Shown one piece after another: positions 17,688 through 26,081 of a stretch of 32,447 nt of DNA. Every line of letters starts with the position of its first letter. Within the stretch, counting starts at the first letter, position 1. A model generated the notes under the pieces. The model had not been told where the DNA came from. It did no database searches and saw nothing but the letters and a program-made list of their open reading frames with translations. A program made the translations under genes and the position numbers. Source of the stretch: a virus (Duplodnaviria; Heunggongvirae; Uroviricota; Caudoviricetes); IMG/VR virus record IMGVR_UViG_2585427783_000005. The stretch is one strand, 5' to 3'.

Positions 17688-18171
17688 TACTCACCAGAAT
17701 ATCGCCGCATTTCTGGACATGCTGGCCTATTCCGAAGGGACGGCGACGCATCCGCTGACGAAAAATCGTGGTTACGACGTCATTGTCACTGGCCTTGATG
17801 GCAAGCCGGAAATTTTCACCGACTACACCGACCACCCTTTCGCACATGGCAGACCAGCGAAAGTGTTTAATCGACGCGGCGAAAAATCCACGGCATCAGG
17901 GCGTTACCAGCAGCTTTATCTCTACTGGCCGCACTATCAGAAACAACTCGCATTGCCTGATTTCAGCCCGTTGTCGCAGGACAAACTTGCGATTCAGTTA
18001 ATCCGCGAACGCGGTGCCATTGAGGATATTAAGGCGGGGCGTATTGAGCGGGCAATTTCACGGTGCCGCAATATCTGGGCGTCGTTACCGGGTGCCGGTT
18101 ACGGCCAACGTGAGCACAGCCTCGACAAACTGGTCACCGTATGGCGCACCGCTGGCGGGGTAATGGAATGA
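17674..18171 (+). CDS. K: Endolysin (phage lysozyme)
   Basis: 165 aa starting MPIINTHQNIAAFLDMLAYSEGT, GGGGGA RBS; matches P2 gpK; track ORF 17443..18171 is an upstream over-extension. Confidence 0.9.
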   Translation: MPIINTHQNIAAFLDMLAYSEGTATHPLTKNRGYDVIVTGLDGKPEIFTDYTDHPFAHGRPAKVFNRRGEKSTASGRYQQLYLYWPHYQKQLALPDFSPLSQDKLAIQLIRERGAIEDIKAGRIERAISRCRNIWASLPGAGYGQREHSLDKLVTVWRTAGGVME

Positions 18172-18581
18172 AAATCCTGATTACACTTCTGGTGCTGACT
18201 GTGCTCGGGATGTTGTGGTTGCGCCATGAGAACGGCAATTTATCCCGCTCCTTTGAGACAGCAAACCGCGTCGCGAGCGAACAAAAGACGACGATTGGCA
18301 TGCTGAAAAATCAGCTCAGTGTTGCCGGTCAGCTTGCCAGACGTAATGAATCTGCGCAGGTGGCACTGCGTGAACAGCTCGCAAAGGCCAGCGAGGAAGC
18401 CAGCCGCCGCGAGCAATCAATAACGAGGTTACTTAATGAAAATGAAGCCTTTCGCCGCTGGTATAACGCTGCTTTACCTGATGTTGTGCGTCGGTTGCAC
18501 ACCCGACCCGCCTGCGCCAGCGCCGGTGATTGTGGTCAGCGGATGCCCGAGGGTGAGCCTTTGCCCGATGCCGGGCAGTGA
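18168..18581 (+). CDS. lysB: Inner-membrane spanin (Rz-like)
   Basis: ATG 18168 overlapping the K stop; N-terminal TM helix MKILITLLVLTVLGMLWL then a charged coiled-coil-like region. Confidence 0.75.
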   Translation: MKILITLLVLTVLGMLWLRHENGNLSRSFETANRVASEQKTTIGMLKNQLSVAGQLARRNESAQVALREQLAKASEEASRREQSITRLLNENEAFRRWYNAALPDVVRRLHTRPACASAGDCGQRMPEGEPLPDAGQ

Positions 18582-18726
18582 CCCGAAAACCAATGGTGAC
18601 CTGAGCGCGGATATCCGCCGTCTTGAGGGCGCGCTGACTGCCTGCGCGCTGCAGGTCAAAACCGTCAAACACTGTCAGGATGAACTCGATGCAGAAGCAC
18701 AAAAGCCTGCGCAAGGCGCTGATTAA
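18436..18726 (+). CDS. lysC: Outer-membrane lipoprotein spanin (Rz1-like), overlapping lysB in another frame
   Basis: Signal peptide with lipobox LCVGC, Pro-rich mature part; overlaps the 3' end of the i-spanin gene. Confidence 0.75.
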   Translation: MKMKPFAAGITLLYLMLCVGCTPDPPAPAPVIVVSGCPRVSLCPMPGSDPKTNGDLSADIRRLEGALTACALQVKTVKHCQDELDAEAQKPAQGAD

Positions 18727-19156
18727 CGCTGTACCCCAGCTCAGAAACAACCCCGATATGCTGCGTCTTTTCGCCGACAACGGGCATATCGATTCCCGAC
18801 TGGCGAGCTCGCTGTCGTTTGAAAAGGTGTACGTGCTTAACATGGTGGTGACCGACTTTACCGGCGACCTCGATTTGATATTCGTGCCAGTGCAGGCGTG
18901 GCTGCGTGAACATCAGCCGGACATTATGACCACCGACGACGGGCGGGAAAAAGGATTCACCTGGATTATTGATATCAATAACGACGATTCGCTCGATATC
19001 AGTATCAGCCTGAGGCTCACCGAGCGCACGCTCGTCAAAGAGGTCGACGGCGCGCTGCATGTCAGCTATGCCCCAGAGCCGCCGCTGCCTGAGCCGGTGA
19101 CGCGCCCGGTCGAGCTGTACGTTAATGGCGAACTGGTGAGTAAGTGGGATGAGTGA
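18689..19156 (+). CDS. R: Tail completion protein R
   Basis: 155 aa from ATG 18689 (AGGA 8 nt upstream); MQKHKSLRKALINAV... resembles the P2 gpR N-terminus. Confidence 0.85.
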   Translation: MQKHKSLRKALINAVPQLRNNPDMLRLFADNGHIDSRLASSLSFEKVYVLNMVVTDFTGDLDLIFVPVQAWLREHQPDIMTTDDGREKGFTWIIDINNDDSLDISISLRLTERTLVKEVDGALHVSYAPEPPLPEPVTRPVELYVNGELVSKWDE

Positions 19157-19601
19157 GTTAACCGCGCTACAGGAACGTCTTGCCGGTCTGATTGCCAGCC
19201 TGTCACCGGCGGCGCGTCGGCAAATGGCGGCTGACATTGCAAAAAAACTGCGCGCCAGTCAGCAACAGCGCATTAAGCGCCAGCAGGCACCTGACGGCAC
19301 CCCGTATGCCGCCAGAAAGCGCCAGCCGGTGCGGAGCAAGAGAGGCCGTATCAGGCGCGAAATGTTCGCCAAACTGCGCACTAACCGCTTTATGAAAGCC
19401 AAAGGCAGCGACAGTGCGGCAGTGGTGGAGTTTACCGACAAGGTACAGCGCATGGCGCGGGTGCATCAGTACGGCCTCAAAGACCGGCCAAACCGCAACA
19501 GCCGGGATGTGCAGTACGAGGCACGCCCGTTGTTCGGTTTCACCCGGGACGATGAACTGCTTGTTGAGAAGCTAATAATCGGAGCTATTAGAAATGGTTA
19601 A
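19149..19601 (+). CDS. S: Tail completion protein S
   Basis: 150 aa, same length and position as P2 gpS. Confidence 0.85.
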   Translation: MSELTALQERLAGLIASLSPAARRQMAADIAKKLRASQQQRIKRQQAPDGTPYAARKRQPVRSKRGRIRREMFAKLRTNRFMKAKGSDSAAVVEFTDKVQRMARVHQYGLKDRPNRNSRDVQYEARPLFGFTRDDELLVEKLIIGAIRNG

Positions 19602-19652
19602 TTAACAAAAGCATGCTAACTCTTGACAATTTGACAACTAGAGTGCACCCTA

Positions 19653-19678
19653 ACGCCAGTCAATAGAGTGCGACTGGC
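19653..19678. other. 8-bp stem hairpin between convergent S and the pentapeptide gene
   Basis: CGCCAGTC-aatagagtgc-GACTGGCG; no clean T-run on either strand. Confidence 0.5.
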
Positions 19679-19718
19679 GTCAAGGAAGATTTTAATCTTT
19701 CTTTAGTGGTTCGATTCC

Positions 19719-20594
19719 CTAGCCTCGTAAATATCGTTTAGTAAATTTCGTGTTTGGTCTGGATGATAGGATTTGTCTTTCTATTTCACTATCACAGTCT
19801 ATATAGTCTAGTGTATTAGCTTCTATAAGTTTGTTCACGTCAATATTTTTTGCATCGATTATGTTGGCATTTCTAAGGTTTGCATTGGTGTATTCCACTT
19901 TATCCAAATCACACTCTCTGAGTACGCAACTTTTCATTTCCGCATTGGAAAAATCCCCACCATATAAATAGCAGCCTTCAAAAATAACACCGTTTAACTT
20001 TGAATCCTGAGCTTTAATATTTTTTATTTTACACTTTATAAATTTTACGTTTTTCATTTTGCTCTTGCTAATATTTAATGCCTGGATTGTACATCCAGTG
20101 AAAGAACAGTCTCTTATGTTAGATTTTTCCATATTTAACCCAGATAGTTCTGAGGTTTTAAAGTGTAAGTATTTAATGGTAAAAAGGTCACCCAACTCCA
20201 TTCTGGGTATGTCTATATTGAAGACACCTTTATTGTTGAGCTGTCTTATTATTTTTATTTTTTGTATTTTCAAATCAACATTAACGTGCTTAGCTAAGTT
20301 TCCCAAATCCTCAAGAAGTTCATTAATCGTTTCTTTGTTTTGTCTTCTGTATTCAAAGTAATAAAGGATGACACCTAATACAAAAAAATCCAAAATGGAT
20401 GAATTTGCATTTATTAGGAACCCAGACAGGAATGAATCATTGTAATTACCATAGTGTATAGAGGCAAGTGTTACGCCAAATGCATATAAAATAAAAATAA
20501 TAAACACGTGCTTCATTTTGCATAAGGATTGTATTATTGGTTTTATGGCATCAATTTTGTTCATTGCTGCAGCAGCGAAAGATTTAAAAGTCAT
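19719..20594 (-). CDS. Membrane-anchored pentapeptide-repeat protein (moron between S and V, antisense to late genes)
   Basis: 291 aa; two N-terminal hydrophobic helices (VFIIFILYAFGVTLASI, ILDFFVLGVILYYF); C-terminal five-residue periodicity (SNIRD CSFTG CTIQA LNISK ... ANLRN ANIID); strongly AT-rich. Start codon uncertain (no clear RBS). Confidence 0.7.
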   Translation of the reverse strand: MTFKSFAAAAMNKIDAIKPIIQSLCKMKHVFIIFILYAFGVTLASIHYGNYNDSFLSGFLINANSSILDFFVLGVILYYFEYRRQNKETINELLEDLGNLAKHVNVDLKIQKIKIIRQLNNKGVFNIDIPRMELGDLFTIKYLHFKTSELSGLNMEKSNIRDCSFTGCTIQALNISKSKMKNVKFIKCKIKNIKAQDSKLNGVIFEGCYLYGGDFSNAEMKSCVLRECDLDKVEYTNANLRNANIIDAKNIDVNKLIEANTLDYIDCDSEIERQILSSRPNTKFTKRYLRG

Positions 20595-20747
20595 TCTATT
20601 TTTAATGCATTCAGATTAAATGGGATTGATGATTTTTACGTGCCCAATGATGCGTGTCAATCAGATCTTTGAAAGTGTCTTGCTGTGTGAGCCCCTTTCC
20701 AATCCCGAAGTTTTGTCTGCAATGAAAAGAAGCGGCATGCTTACATA

Positions 20748-21383
20748 ATGAATACATCAAATATCATTCAAGAGCTTGCCCGTGCAATACGCAACCTCAT
20801 TCGCACAGGGGTGGTGACTGAGGTCGATACCGTGCAGGGGCTGTGCCGTGTACAAAGCGGCGGGATCCAGACTACATGGCTGAACTGGCTGACCACCCGA
20901 GCCGGTCGTTCGCGGACGTGGTGGGCTCCCTCGGTCGGTGAGCAGGTTCTGCTGCTGGCAATCGGTGGCGAGCTTGATACCGCTTTCGTGCTGCCGGGTA
21001 TTTTCTCCGACGATAACCCCGCCCCGTCTGCCTCGGCGGATGCGTGGCATGTGGCTTTCCCTGATGGTGCGGTCATTGAGTACGAGCCCGAGGCCGGCGC
21101 GCTGACGGCCAGCGGTATCAAAACTGCCGACGTGACGGCATCGGAGTCCATCACTGCAACCGTACCGCTGGTACTGGTGAAAGCCTCGACCAGTATCACC
21201 CTCGACACCCCGGAGGTGATTTGCACCAATAAGCTGACGACAGCGACGCTTGAGGTACAAAAAGGCGGCAAGATGAGCGGCAATATCGAACATACCGGCG
21301 GGTCACTGTCGTCTAATGGCAAGGTACTCCACACCCATAAACACCCAGGCGACAGCGGCGGGCAAACGGGGGCACCGTTATGA
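20748..21383 (+). CDS. V: Baseplate spike/assembly protein V
   Basis: 211 aa, same length as P2 gpV; first gene of the V-W-J-I-H-G operon. Confidence 0.9.
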   Translation: MNTSNIIQELARAIRNLIRTGVVTEVDTVQGLCRVQSGGIQTTWLNWLTTRAGRSRTWWAPSVGEQVLLLAIGGELDTAFVLPGIFSDDNPAPSASADAWHVAFPDGAVIEYEPEAGALTASGIKTADVTASESITATVPLVLVKASTSITLDTPEVICTNKLTTATLEVQKGGKMSGNIEHTGGSLSSNGKVLHTHKHPGDSGGQTGAPL

Positions 21384-21727
21384 CGGCGCGCTATCAGGGT
21401 ATGAACCGAAATACCGGCCTCGGCATCAGCGACACTGAGCACATCAGCCAGAGCATGCGCGACATACTGCTGACGCCGGTCGGCTCGCGGGTGATGCGCC
21501 GTGAATATGGCTCGCTTCTGTCGGCGCTGATTGATATGCCGCAAAACCCGGCGCTCAGGCTGCAAATTATGGTGGCGTGCTATTCGGCTATCCAGAAGTG
21601 GGAGCCGCGCATCAGGCTTACCTCCATCAACTTTGAGACCGGCGACGCTGGCGAAATGTATGTCGATATTACCGGGATGCGTACCGATACCGGTGCGTCA
21701 GTTTCAACCACTGTTTCACTGAGTTAA
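21380..21727 (+). CDS. W: Baseplate protein W
   Basis: 115 aa, same as P2 gpW; start overlaps the V stop. Confidence 0.9.
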   Translation: MTARYQGMNRNTGLGISDTEHISQSMRDILLTPVGSRVMRREYGSLLSALIDMPQNPALRLQIMVACYSAIQKWEPRIRLTSINFETGDAGEMYVDITGMRTDTGASVSTTVSLS

Positions 21728-21733
21728 ATCACT

Positions 21734-22642
21734 ATGGCAACCGTTGACCTGAGTCAGTTACCCGTTCCCGATGTGGTTGAGGAACTGGACTATGAAACTA
21801 TCCTTGCGGAACGCATTGCGACGCTGATTTCGCTCTATCCCGAAGACCAGCAGGAGGCCATTGCCCGGACGCTCACACTTGAGTCAGAGCCGATTGTTAA
21901 GCTGCTGCAGGAAAACGCCTACCGTGAAGTTATCTGGCGTCAGCGGGTGAACGAAGCCGCGCAGGCGGTGACGCTGGCCTACTCCGCCGGTAACGACCTC
22001 GACGTCGTAGCCGGGAACAATAATACCGAACGCCTGACCATCACCCCGGCGGATGATACCACCATCCCGCCGACACCTGCCGTTATGGAATCTGATACCG
22101 ACCTGCGACTGCGCACGCAACAGGCGTTTGAGGGATTGAGCGTGGCGGGTCCGGTCGGTGCATATGAGTATCACGGCCGCAGCGCCGACGGGCGGGTCGC
22201 TGACGTTTCGGTCGCCAGCCCGTCGCCAGCCTGCGTGACGATTACCGTGCTATCGCGTGAGGGGGACGGCACTGCCAGCCCTGAGCTACTGGCGATTGTT
22301 GATAAAGCGCTGAACGCCGAAGATGTGCGCCCGGTAGCTGACCGGGTGACCGTCCAGTCAGCCGAGATTGTGCCGTACCAGATTGACGCGACGATCTACG
22401 TTTACCCCGGCCCCGAATCTGAACCCATCAGGCAGGCGTCAGAGCAGAAGTTGCAGAGCTACATCAGCGCGCAGCACCGCCTCGGGCGTGATATCCGTCT
22501 GTCAGCCATTTATGCGGCGCTGCATGTTGAGGGGGTGCAGCGTGTCGAGCTGACATCACCGCAGGCCGACATAGTGCTGAGTAAGTCGCAGGCGTCGAAC
22601 TGTACCGAGTACCAGATAACTATCGGGGGCTCGGATGAATGA
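21734..22642 (+). CDS. J: Baseplate protein J
   Basis: 302 aa, same as P2 gpJ. Confidence 0.9.
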   Translation: MATVDLSQLPVPDVVEELDYETILAERIATLISLYPEDQQEAIARTLTLESEPIVKLLQENAYREVIWRQRVNEAAQAVTLAYSAGNDLDVVAGNNNTERLTITPADDTTIPPTPAVMESDTDLRLRTQQAFEGLSVAGPVGAYEYHGRSADGRVADVSVASPSPACVTITVLSREGDGTASPELLAIVDKALNAEDVRPVADRVTVQSAEIVPYQIDATIYVYPGPESEPIRQASEQKLQSYISAQHRLGRDIRLSAIYAALHVEGVQRVELTSPQADIVLSKSQASNCTEYQITIGGSDE

Positions 22643-23243
22643 CCGGCTATTACCCGTTGGCTCGTCGCCGCTGGAGGTTGCCGCCGCTGCCGCGCTCTCT
22701 GAGATTCAGCGTGTGCCGGTACCGCTGCGCACTCTGTGGAACTGGCGCACCTGCCCGGTAAAACTGCTGCCGTATCTGGCGTGGGCGCTGTCGGTCGACA
22801 GGTGGGATGAGAAATGGCCGGAGGCGACAAAGCGTAGCGTCTGCGCGTCCTCGTTTTTCGTCCATCAGCACAAAGGCACCATTAGCGCATTGCGTCGGGT
22901 GGTTGAGCCGCTCGGCTTTCTGATTGAAGTGCGCGAGTGGTGGCAGCTCAACGAGGAGCCAGGCACATTCCGCCTCGTTGTCGGCGTGCTCGATAGCGGC
23001 ATTACTGACGAAATGTATCAGGAGCTTGAGCGCCTGATTGAAGACGCCAAACCGGCAAGTCGCCACCTGACCGGGCTGGCTATCAGTCTGAGCTCGACCG
23101 GCGAACTGTATGTCGGCGCGGGATGCTATCACGGCGACGCGCTGACTGTTTACCCCTACACCCCCGAGGAGATTGTCGTCGGCGGTGAATATTACCCGGC
23201 CTCGGCCATCCATTTGATTGATAACCTGAGAGTGAACGCATGA
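22635..23243 (+). CDS. I: Baseplate/tail protein I
   Basis: 202 aa; overlaps the J stop and H start as in P2. Confidence 0.85.
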   Translation: MNDRLLPVGSSPLEVAAAAALSEIQRVPVPLRTLWNWRTCPVKLLPYLAWALSVDRWDEKWPEATKRSVCASSFFVHQHKGTISALRRVVEPLGFLIEVREWWQLNEEPGTFRLVVGVLDSGITDEMYQELERLIEDAKPASRHLTGLAISLSSTGELYVGAGCYHGDALTVYPYTPEEIVVGGEYYPASAIHLIDNLRVNA

Positions 23244-24157
23244 CCGCAAAATATTTTGCCATTCTGACCAATCAGGGCGCGGCGCGGCTGGCGAACGCGG
23301 CGGCACTCGGTACCAAACTCAACCTGACGCAGATGGCCGTCGGTGATGCGAATGGTACGTTGCCGACCCCTGACCCGGCGCAGACGAAGCTCATTAACCA
23401 GAAACGCATCGCGCCGCTGAACCTGCTGACCGTTGACCCGGCCAATACCAGTCAGATTATCGCGGAACAGATTATTCCCGAGAATGAAGGTGGTTTCTGG
23501 ATCCGCGAGATTGGTCTCTATGACGATGATGGTATTCTGATTGCCGTGGCGAACTGTCCGGAGACCTACAAGCCACAACTGCAGGAGGGAAGCGGTCGCA
23601 CGCAGACCATTCGCATGATTCTGATTGTGTCGAGCACATCGGCAATCACCCTGAAAATCGACCCGGCAGTCGTGCTGGCAACGCGCCAGTATGTCGACGA
23701 CAAGATTATCGAGGTGAAAGGATATGCTGATGACCTGATGAAAAAACATGTTGAGGCCGCCAATCCACACAAGCAGTACCCGTTAATCGCTAATGCTCTG
23801 AAAGAAATGGTTGACGCGGGACTGGCCGGCGACGTTCTTAAAAACCTTGGTTTAAGAGCAAGCGGGCAGTACACCGATAATTTGTTATTTACAGGTCCTG
23901 ATGGTCTTAAGATTCAGGTGTTTCGCCGGACGCTCGCAAATTTGACTACTGTCGGTGTAGTAAATTCTGTGCCAGTGACTTTCCCTGTCCCGTTCCCTGT
24001 TAATTGCTGGGGCGTTTTTTCTACCAAATTAACATGGGTTCAGATAACTAACTCATGCGAGTGGGTAAGCAATACAGGATTTACCGCTCAGGTCATGATG
24101 AATATTGCTGTAAATACAAACACCTCAGACGCTATGTTTTTAGCTATAGGATATTAA
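23240..24157 (+). CDS. H: Tail fibre protein (short form; conserved N-terminus plus invertible C-terminal domain)
   Basis: 305 aa; N-terminus (AVGDANGTLP..., IPENEGGFWIREIGLYDDDGILIAVANCPETYKP) resembles the P2 gpH N-terminus; C-terminal part lies inside the predicted invertible segment. Confidence 0.85.
   Translation: MTAKYFAILTNQGAARLANAAALGTKLNLTQMAVGDANGTLPTPDPAQTKLINQKRIAPLNLLTVDPANTSQIIAEQIIPENEGGFWIREIGLYDDDGILIAVANCPETYKPQLQEGSGRTQTIRMILIVSSTSAITLKIDPAVVLATRQYVDDKIIEVKGYADDLMKKHVEAANPHKQYPLIANALKEMVDAGLAGDVLKNLGLRASGQYTDNLLFTGPDGLKIQVFRRTLANLTTVGVVNSVPVTFPVPFPVNCWGVFSTKLTWVQITNSCEWVSNTGFTAQVMMNIAVNTNTSDAMFLAIGY
23835..23858. repeat. Left recombination (crossover) site of invertible tail-fibre segment (hix/gix-like)
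   Basis: TTCTTAAAAACCTTGGTTTAAGAG resembles hixL as recalled; inverted relative to the right site. Confidence 0.6.
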
Positions 24158-24158
24158 T

Positions 24159-24599
24159 ATGAATCGTTTTGTGTTCAGTCCATCTGAGTCCCGTTTTTAT
24201 GCCATCGAGTGGCAGGCTGATTATGTTGATAATAATTGTTGGCCACATGATGCCATTAACGTTAGTGACAGCATTTATTATGAGTTTTCCGGCACTCCCC
24301 CTACAGGTAAGCAACTTATAACTTTAAATAACATGCCAGCATGGGGTGATATTCCTCCACCTACACGAGAAGAATTAATTGTCGCTGCTGATGTGGAGAA
24401 GCAAAAAAGAATAGATTTAGCCAATGATTACATGAACGGTAAGCAATGGCCTGGTAAAGCAGCTATTGGTCGTCTGAAAGGTGAGGAACTGGCACAATAT
24501 AATTTGTGGCTGGATTATCTGGACGCACTGGAGCTGGTCGATACCGCCAGTGCGCCAGATATTGAATGGCCTACGCCTCCGGCAGTTCAGGCCAGATGA
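24159..24599 (+). CDS. G: Tail fibre assembly chaperone (expressed orientation)
   Basis: 146 aa; C-terminus ...SAPDIEWPTPP typical of the tail-fibre-assembly family. Confidence 0.85.
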   Translation: MNRFVFSPSESRFYAIEWQADYVDNNCWPHDAINVSDSIYYEFSGTPPTGKQLITLNNMPAWGDIPPPTREELIVAADVEKQKRIDLANDYMNGKQWPGKAAIGRLKGEELAQYNLWLDYLDALELVDTASAPDIEWPTPPAVQAR

Positions 24600-25173
24600 C
24601 ATCCGGCGCGGTGCTGGTATCTGTTGCCGTCACCGCGTCAATGTAATCCAGCACAGTGTTAAGGCTGGTTGTTTCTGCCTGCGTCAGTTTACGTCCGGCC
24701 TGCAATTTCAGCTGAATCAGACTGATTGAAGCCATTGCAGTATCAATCAGTGACTGGCGCTGTGCTTCTGCTGCATCTACTGCGGCGCTATGCTGTGCTT
24801 CGGTATCCGTCACCCATTTCTCACCATCCCATTTATCGTATGGCGTTAACGGGGCGATAGTGGTTGTATTATCAGGGTAATCACCCGGAGCTGTGATTTC
24901 TTTTGATTCTCCTGTTTCGGTGCTAAAGACGATTTCACCGCGATGGTCTGGCACATATTCCCATGAGTTAAAATCTACAGATCGGCAGATTGCATAACCA
25001 GCTTTGTATGTGCCAGGGGCATCTAAACAGGAATATGCAGGGATACCGACACCAACGGCAAGATATTCAGTTGATGTGGAAATATATTCCCGTGTTTCGC
25101 CATCATAGTTATAGACGGTAATATCCCCCGCCTTTGTAGCAATAAACTCGCTATTTAATACAGCGTTATCCAT
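24571..25173 (-). CDS. Alternative tail fibre assembly chaperone (inverted orientation)
   Basis: 200 aa on minus strand; C-terminus ...TAPDVIWPELPEA, paralogous to G; 3' ends of the two chaperone genes overlap convergently. Confidence 0.8.
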   Translation of the reverse strand: MDNAVLNSEFIATKAGDITVYNYDGETREYISTSTEYLAVGVGIPAYSCLDAPGTYKAGYAICRSVDFNSWEYVPDHRGEIVFSTETGESKEITAPGDYPDNTTTIAPLTPYDKWDGEKWVTDTEAQHSAAVDAAEAQRQSLIDTAMASISLIQLKLQAGRKLTQAETTSLNTVLDYIDAVTATDTSTAPDVIWPELPEA

Positions 25174-25670
25174 TATGCAGCCCTCACGATATAGTTAAAT
25201 GCAATATTCCGTGGACGGGTTTCATTTATCCCATATGCTGTTGTTCTCTGATTCCCGACAAAATATCCATTTGGATTAGAAGATACAGAATAATCATCAA
25301 AATCAAGTGGGCTATCAGCACCCGGCGTCAGGCTTGCAATATATCCTCTTCCCATAACTTCTGATGCTGGTATTTCTTTTGTACGATAATCACTAACTCT
25401 GAAGAGCTGCCCTTGGTGGGTGTGTGATTCCACTCCTCCATTCTGAAGACTTAGCAAGGCACGTACAGCATCAATACCACGCCCGTCATCCCAGCCACGA
25501 ATAAACTCACCACGTAAATCAGGCAATTTATTTGTCGGATAAGCCTTTGCCAGTTCCGGATATTCTTCAGCAGAAAAAGCGGCACCGTTGCATTTCAGCC
25601 AGCCTGTTGGCGGAGTGGCTGAAGGCCACGGAACAGGCACCCCAACCGGTAATGCAGAGCCTTCTCCCAA
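25173..25670 (-). CDS. Alternative tail-fibre C-terminal (receptor-binding) segment; promoterless, used only after inversion
   Basis: Minus-strand ORF without ATG start that begins at the right crossover site; LPDLRGEFIRGW and NETRPRNIAFNYIV tail-collar-like motifs. Confidence 0.7.
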   Translation of the reverse strand: MGEGSALPVGVPVPWPSATPPTGWLKCNGAAFSAEEYPELAKAYPTNKLPDLRGEFIRGWDDGRGIDAVRALLSLQNGGVESHTHQGQLFRVSDYRTKEIPASEVMGRGYIASLTPGADSPLDFDDYSVSSNPNGYFVGNQRTTAYGINETRPRNIAFNYIVRAA

Positions 25671-25688
25671 ACCAACCTTTTAGAAAAC
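25665..25688. repeat. Right recombination (crossover) site of invertible segment
   Basis: Reverse complement TTTTCTAAAAGGTTGGTTTGGGAG shares the AAAA-NN-TTGGTTT core with the left site. Confidence 0.55.
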
Positions 25689-25741
25689 GCAGATATTCCG
25701 TTCAGCTGGCATGATCCCGACTTTTTACCGGGTTATTTCTC

Positions 25742-25983
25742 ATGTTTATCGGTTATGTACGTGTATCAACAAATGACCAGAACACCGCATTACAGCGAAA
25801 TGAACTGGAGTGCGCAGGATGTGAGCTGATTTTCGAAGATAAAATCAGCGGCAAAACATCAGACTGGCCGGGCTAAAGAGGTTACTCAGAACCTTGTCAG
25901 AGGGCGATACGCTTGTGGTCTGGAAACTGGATCGCCTCGGGTATCTCAACGCTATACAAAAAATTTCCCGCATCCGTTGCTGA
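25742..25983 (+). pseudogene. Serine DNA invertase (Gin/Hin/Cin/Pin family) remnant: frameshifted and 3'-truncated
   Basis: MFIGYVRVSTNDQNTALQRNELECAGCELIFEDKISGK... stops after 44 codons (TAA 25874-25876); a -1 frame continues LKRLLRTLSEGDTLVVWKLDRLG then ends at 25983; the C-terminal ~110 aa including the HTH are absent. Confidence 0.8.
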
Positions 25984-26081
25984 TGTCTCAATGTGTCAGA
26001 CATCGCCCAACACTGACAAATAGCCCCTCAACAGACCAGCCAGGACAATAACACTCGCCCACTAACCACGGAGTTAACCGG

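Noticed and set aside
19693-19715. tRNA-like T-arm motif GGTTCGATTCC near the 3' end of the pentapeptide gene
   Set aside because: Flanking sequence does not form a T-stem or acceptor stem and there is no CCA or cloverleaf; most likely coincidental, although a decayed att remnant cannot be fully excluded.
20757-21565. Long minus-strand ORFs (178 and 265 aa) antisense to V/W
   Set aside because: Antisense frames of high-GC structural genes; no independent support.
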